The notes under the pieces are model-generated. The model did not search any database. It was not told where the DNA came from and was given only the letters and a program-made list of their open reading frames with translations. A program made the translations under genes and the position numbers. From positions 4,513-68,512 of the forward strand of contig JBBDHT010000066.1 in the NCBI GenBank assembly GCA_040880765.1: a stretch of 64,000 bases of DNA. Direction: 5' to 3'. Positions 59,930 through 64,000 of the stretch are shown piece by piece (positions within the stretch are counted from its first letter, which is position 1; each line of letters starts with the position of its first letter). The stretch comes from Acidimicrobiia bacterium (lineage in GTDB: Bacteria; Actinomycetota; Acidimicrobiia; Spongiisociales; ZC4RG35).

Positions 59930-61701
59930 CCGGAGTACCAGCTGCTCAAGTCGTCCCGGCGGTCCCCACTTTCTCGGTGGATGCGGGGTTTTGGTATTCG
60001 GTGCCCTCACACCTCGGCAAGGACCTCCGGGTCGGCTCCATTGTGAGGGTTCCGCTTGGTGGGCGCCGGGTGCGCGGCTATGTGGTCGCTCTTCACCCCC
60101 AACGTGAAGGAAAGCTCAAAGATGTTCTCGGGGTGTCAGGTGACTCTCCAGTGTTCGATTCCGAGCTCCTCGAGGCGCTGCGCTGGGCTTCCAATCATTA
60201 CGTAGGCCCGATGTCGGTGCTCCTGGACAAGTCGGCACCACCCACCCTTCCGGGAAAGCTCGAGAGGATCGATCCACCCGCATACGAAGACCGGCGCGGA
60301 GACTTCCCGATCAGGGAGTTTGTCGATGCCGCCGTCGCCGGTCGGCGGAGACCGATCACCGCCTTTGTGGCCCATTGGACTGATGCCGACTGGAAGAAGA
60401 TGCTGGCTCCCGTTGCCGCCTCGCAGCGGAGTGGCCTGGTGTTGGTACCGACGGTGCGAGAGGCAGGCGAGATCTTCGCAACCCTCAACGATGCATATCC
60501 TGGGCGGGTTGTGCTTCTTCCCGACGGAAACGGCTCTGATGTGACTGCCGGCTGGGAACGGGCCAACTCCGGCCCGACCATTGTCATCGGCACACCGCGA
60601 GCCGCATACTGGACGATCCACGACCTGGCTATTGCCTTTATCTTCGAGGAGGGGCGCAGGGCGATGAAAGATCGGCAAACCCCGACGGTGCATGTGAGGG
60701 ATCTGATGCGGACCCGGTCGAGGATCGAGGGTTTTGCCCTGGCCTTCGTCGGTCCGACCCCGAGTGTGGAATTGATCGCGGCAGGTGCAGAAGTGGTTCA
60801 ACCACGGCGTCCATGGGGGCTGGTCGAGGTTGTCGACCGCAGTGAGGACCCTCCGGGCAGCGGCTTTCTCTCCGAGCGCTCACTCGCCGGCTTGCGCTCC
60901 GTGGTCGCCCGGGGGGAGCGGGCATTCGTGTTCACCCACATGCGGGCCGGCGATGCCTCAGCACGTTGTGTGTCATGCCGGGCGATTCGTCTGTGCAGTC
61001 GTTGTGGGTCTCATCTGGGTCGCAATGCGGAGTGCCGCCGCTGCAGTGAAACAACCCGGGACTGCCGAAAGTGTGGCGGTTCGAGCTTCGAGTCGATGGG
61101 GACGATCCCATCCCGGCTGGTCAAAGAGATTGCATCCAGGGTCGGCGCCGACCATGTGGCTGAGGCAGGAGGCGATGCCCTGATCACCGTCGGCACCGAA
61201 CGCGACCTGGCCGGGCTTTCCGGACTGACGATGGCCGTTGCCGTCGACCCCGATGCCCTCATTCACGGCCAGAATTACCGGTCATCCGAAGAAGCGTTAC
61301 GGATTCTGGCGCGCCTGGTGGGGGCCGTTGGCAGGAGCCGGGGATATCGGACGATTTTGCAAACGTCAGATCCGGGATCGGGACTGATCTCGGCCTTGCG
61401 GAGAGGTGAGCCGGTACCGTACCTCGAGGAAGTCCTCGCCCGCCGGGCCAGGGATGGTTTCCCGCCGGCGAGCGAGATGATGGCTATCGAGTCTCGGGGC
61501 GTTCCGCCCGCCACCGTAACCGAGGCATTGCGGGAACTGGCAGTGGGGATGGTGATGGGACCCGTGGAGGTGAACGATCGCCACCGGTGGCTGCTCCAGG
61601 GCGACCTCCGCCAGGTTAAGCAAGGTCTTCGCAAGACGATCCAAAAGCTCAGGGATGGGGGAGCCACGATAAGAGTCGACGCCGACCCCATCGATCTGTA
61701 G
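59878..61701 (+). CDS. priA: primosomal protein N' (PriA) homolog lacking recognisable Walker A / DExH motifs
   Basis: N-terminal ..YSVP..GSIVRVPLGGRRVRGYVV, core LVLVPTVREA..IVIGTPRA, and the Cys-rich zinc region CVSCRAIRLCSRCGSHL..CRRC..CRKCG. Start uncertain: TTG 59878 overlaps metK by 52 nt, and GTG 59977 is the next in-frame start. Confidence 0.8.
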   Translation: MGETRPGRRDQERTRPITGVPAAQVVPAVPTFSVDAGFWYSVPSHLGKDLRVGSIVRVPLGGRRVRGYVVALHPQREGKLKDVLGVSGDSPVFDSELLEALRWASNHYVGPMSVLLDKSAPPTLPGKLERIDPPAYEDRRGDFPIREFVDAAVAGRRRPITAFVAHWTDADWKKMLAPVAASQRSGLVLVPTVREAGEIFATLNDAYPGRVVLLPDGNGSDVTAGWERANSGPTIVIGTPRAAYWTIHDLAIAFIFEEGRRAMKDRQTPTVHVRDLMRTRSRIEGFALAFVGPTPSVELIAAGAEVVQPRRPWGLVEVVDRSEDPPGSGFLSERSLAGLRSVVARGERAFVFTHMRAGDASARCVSCRAIRLCSRCGSHLGRNAECRRCSETTRDCRKCGGSSFESMGTIPSRLVKEIASRVGADHVAEAGGDALITVGTERDLAGLSGLTMAVAVDPDALIHGQNYRSSEEALRILARLVGAVGRSRGYRTILQTSDPGSGLISALRRGEPVPYLEEVLARRARDGFPPASEMMAIESRGVPPATVTEALRELAVGMVMGPVEVNDRHRWLLQGDLRQVKQGLRKTIQKLRDGGATIRVDADPIDL

Positions 61702-61756
61702 TGCTCCCTCGGGTCGCTACCCTCACCTCCTAACTGAAACGACCTCTGGACAGGCA

Positions 61757-62266
61757 ATGGCTCTCTATCCGATCAGAACATATGGCGATCCGGTGCTCCG
61801 GATGACGCCGAAGCCCGTCGAAGACATCGACGGCAAGATCGCGACTCTGGTTGCGGACATGATCGAGACGATGTACGACGCGCCCGGCGTTGGCCTCGCC
61901 GCCAACCAGATCGGTGTGATGAAACAGATCGCGGTATTCGACGCCCAGGACGACCTCGGCCCAAGGGTGATGATCAACCCGGAAATTCTCGAGCTATCCG
62001 GAGAATGGAACTACGAAGAGGGGTGTCTGTCGGTGCCCGGATACTCATGGGAGATAACGCGACCTGGTTTCGCCCGGGTCAGAGCGCTCGACCTCGAGGG
62101 CAACGAAGTCGAGTACGCCGGGGACGGTGTGCTCGGCCGAGTGCTCCAGCACGAAATCGGCCATCTCCACGGCGGTCTCCTCATCGATGTGCTCGACAAA
62201 CGTGCCAAGAAACAGGCCCTCAAAGACTTGAGGGACGAGGCGCTGGGTCTGGCCCGTTTCGAATGA
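61757..62266 (+). CDS. def: peptide deformylase
   Basis: GVGLAANQIG, EGCLSVPG and QHEIGHLHG. Confidence 0.96.
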   Translation: MALYPIRTYGDPVLRMTPKPVEDIDGKIATLVADMIETMYDAPGVGLAANQIGVMKQIAVFDAQDDLGPRVMINPEILELSGEWNYEEGCLSVPGYSWEITRPGFARVRALDLEGNEVEYAGDGVLGRVLQHEIGHLHGGLLIDVLDKRAKKQALKDLRDEALGLARFE

Positions 62267-63177
62267 CAAGGGTCGCCTTCCTGGGCACTCCGCAAGCGGC
62301 CGTCCCCACGCTCCAAGCGTTGTCAGCAGAATTCGAGGTCGGATTGGTCATCACCCAGCCCGACAAGCCCAAGGGCCGCTCGGGCACACCGCAACCGGCC
62401 CCGGTGAAGGAGGCGGCGCTCGGTCTCGGGGTGGAAGTGGCACAGCCTGGCTCACACGACGAGCTCGAGGCGGCACTGACAGATCGGGAGCCGTTCAGCG
62501 TGGCTGTGGTCGTTGCATACGGCAGGATCATCCGCCCGGAAGCCCTTGAATTCCCTGATGCCGGGATGCTCAACGTTCACTTCTCGCTCCTGCCGCGCTG
62601 GCGCGGAGCGGCTCCGGTCAGCCGGGCTCTAATCGAAGGCGACACCATGACCGGTGTGACCATCATCAAACTCGACGAAGGGCTGGACACGGGACCGGTT
62701 CTCACGGCGCAGGCAGTGGACATAACCACTGATGAAGACGCCGGTCAGCTCACGGACAGGCTGGCCCGGCTCGGAGCCCGCCTCATCGTCGACAACCTCG
62801 GGAATTATCTGGCGGGCAAACTGGTGCCTGTGCCCCAGACCGGGGAAGGTGCCAGTTACGCCTCGAAACTAACAAAGGCGGATCGGCTTTTGTCCACCGA
62901 TGACGAGCCAGCCGCTTTCGTCAATCGGGTCCGCGGCCTCTCACCTGACCCGGCAGCGACTCTTGCCATAGACGGCGAGCCGCACAAGATCTACTCAGCT
63001 GAGGCCTTCGAAGCGGACGTTGACCAGGGCAAGTGGGAAGCCCGGGATGGATGGCCGGTGATCGGACTGGTTGGGGGCGCGGTCCGGTTGGTCTCCCTTC
63101 AGGCGCCGGGAAGAAAGCGCGTGGCGGGTGACGATTGGCTGCGGGGACGTCCGGTTAGGGGTGGAAGCATTGGCTAG
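62263..63177 (+). CDS. fmt: methionyl-tRNA formyltransferase
   Basis: MTRVAFLGTPQAAVP.., NVHFSLLPRWRGAAPV. ATG 62263 overlaps the def stop (ATGA). Confidence 0.95.
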   Translation: MTRVAFLGTPQAAVPTLQALSAEFEVGLVITQPDKPKGRSGTPQPAPVKEAALGLGVEVAQPGSHDELEAALTDREPFSVAVVVAYGRIIRPEALEFPDAGMLNVHFSLLPRWRGAAPVSRALIEGDTMTGVTIIKLDEGLDTGPVLTAQAVDITTDEDAGQLTDRLARLGARLIVDNLGNYLAGKLVPVPQTGEGASYASKLTKADRLLSTDDEPAAFVNRVRGLSPDPAATLAIDGEPHKIYSAEAFEADVDQGKWEARDGWPVIGLVGGAVRLVSLQAPGRKRVAGDDWLRGRPVRGGSIG

Positions 63178-63237
63178 GAGTCCGTGCCCGGACATTAGAA
63201 TGTCTGTAGAAGCGTCAGATCCGGAGGCTCCAAAACG

Positions 63238-63243
63238 TACAAT
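63238..63243 (+). promoter_or_regulatory. candidate -10 hexamer TACAAT for rpe (near-leaderless)
   Basis: TACAAT ends 9 nt before the rpe ATG, and there is no SD-like purine run between them. Confidence 0.3.
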
Positions 63244-63252
63244 CGAGCCCAG

Positions 63253-63918
63253 ATGAGCCGGATCAAAATCGCCCCGTCACTGCTTGCAGCCGACTTCGCC
63301 CGGCTCGGCGAGGAGGTGGCCAGGGTGGAAAGCTCGGTCGACTGGCTCCATCTCGACGTCATGGATGGCCATTTCGTCCCCAATTTGAGCTTCGGGATCC
63401 CGGTGATCGCCGCCCTCCGCGAACAGTCGTCTCTCTACTTCGACTGCCACCTGATGACGACGAATCCCGACGCTTTTCTCCCCGAGTTAGCAGAGGCGGG
63501 CGTCGATCTCGTGACCATGCACATCGAAGCCATCCCCGACCCTACGGTTGCGTTTCGACGGGCAAGAGCTGAGGGGCTCGATGTCGGACTGGTCATCAAC
63601 CCGGGCACCCCCGTGGCTGCGGTCGAGCCCTTCCTCGAGCTGGTCGACGTGGTCCTGGTCATGTCGGTTGAACCCGGCTTCGGCGGTCAGCGGCTCATCG
63701 CCGAAGCCCTGGGAAAAGTGGAGAAACTCCGAGAAACAGTTGAGAACTCTGGATTTGCTACCGATATTGAAATAGATGGAGGCATCACGCTTGAAAACAT
63801 CGGTCGCGCAGCCGAAGCAGGAGCGCATGTCTTCGTCTCAGGAACTGCGATATTTGGTGCAGAAAACCCGGTTGACGCAGTGAGAGAACTCAGAAGGACT
63901 ATCGAGGAAAATGACTGA
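63253..63918 (+). CDS. rpe: ribulose-phosphate 3-epimerase
   Basis: IAPSLLAADFARLGEE.., LHLDVMDGHFVPN and VMSVEPGFGGQ. Confidence 0.96.
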   Translation: MSRIKIAPSLLAADFARLGEEVARVESSVDWLHLDVMDGHFVPNLSFGIPVIAALREQSSLYFDCHLMTTNPDAFLPELAEAGVDLVTMHIEAIPDPTVAFRRARAEGLDVGLVINPGTPVAAVEPFLELVDVVLVMSVEPGFGGQRLIAEALGKVEKLRETVENSGFATDIEIDGGITLENIGRAAEAGAHVFVSGTAIFGAENPVDAVRELRRTIEEND

Positions 63919-64000
63919 ACGGGTACTTGTTGCCGACGACGATCCGGACATTCTGGCAGTCGTCAAAGTCAACTTCGAGCTCGAGGGTTTTGAGGTGGAC
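63911..64000 (+). CDS. response regulator receiver domain protein (first 30 codons only; runs off the right edge)
   Basis: My translation from ATG 63911 reads MTERVLVADDDPDILAVVKVNFELEGFEVD, a typical REC-domain N-terminus (acidic DDD pocket). It overlaps the rpe stop by 8 nt. Confidence 0.6.
   Translation, partial: MTERVLVADDDPDILAVVKVNFELEGFEVD

Noticed and set aside
63190-63206. Small hairpin GGACAT-TAGA-ATGTCT after fmt, considered as a possible terminator.
   Set aside because: It has only a 5-6-bp stem with one mismatch, no U-tract, and a low GC stem. This is not convincing as an intrinsic terminator.

Overview
High-GC (judged by eye, not computed) chromosomal segment from an Actinomycetota genome. 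The taxonomic call rests on an MshD-type mycothiol synthase, the PIM-biosynthesis trio pgsA1/acyltransferase/pimA, mIHF, and actinobacterial-type SOS boxes. Most of the window is a tightly packed, almost entirely plus-strand housekeeping backbone. It is collinear with the gene order I remember for Streptomyces coelicolor and, in two pieces, M. tuberculosis: thrS; pgsA1-acyltransferase-pimA; pdxS-pdxT-yebC; ruvCAB; tgt-yajC-secDF-apt-relA; hisS-aspS; alaS-ruvX-mltG-aroE; aroC-aroK-aroB-efp-nusB; pyrR-pyrB-pyrC-carA-carB-pyrD-pyrF; mihF-gmk-rpoZ-coaBC-metK-priA; def-fmt; rpe. Many gene junctions are 1- or 4-nt start/stop overlaps, and several genes look leaderless. Four segments depart from the backbone. 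(1) A 9.4-kb accessory stretch lies between yebC and ruvC: RidA, DUF1697, membrane protein, LLM oxidoreductase, Phd + extended RelE/ParE-like toxin, VapBC, an Imm33/DUF2185-like gene, an aldo-keto reductase, a DUF222-HNH endonuclease with a perfect SOS box, a methyltransferase, and an RNB ribonuclease. (2) A 2-kb three-gene hydrolase/RidA cassette sits between nusB and pyrR, bracketed by a 78-nt imperfect duplication of the nusB 3' end. (3) A PATAN/DUF4388 protein with an acidic tail plus a prepilin peptidase are wedged between aroE and aroC. (4) A minus-strand pair, an EF-G paralog with variant G motifs and citrate synthase, lies between thrS and pgsA1. I saw no rRNA, tRNA, CRISPR array, transposase or integrase. 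I could not identify a clear-cut, self-contained novel multi-gene system. The best leads are the nusB-duplication scar, the extended RelE-like toxin, the PATAN-peptidase pair, the SOS-boxed HNH gene and the variant EF-G paralog. All family assignments come from reading the translations by eye, with no database search.
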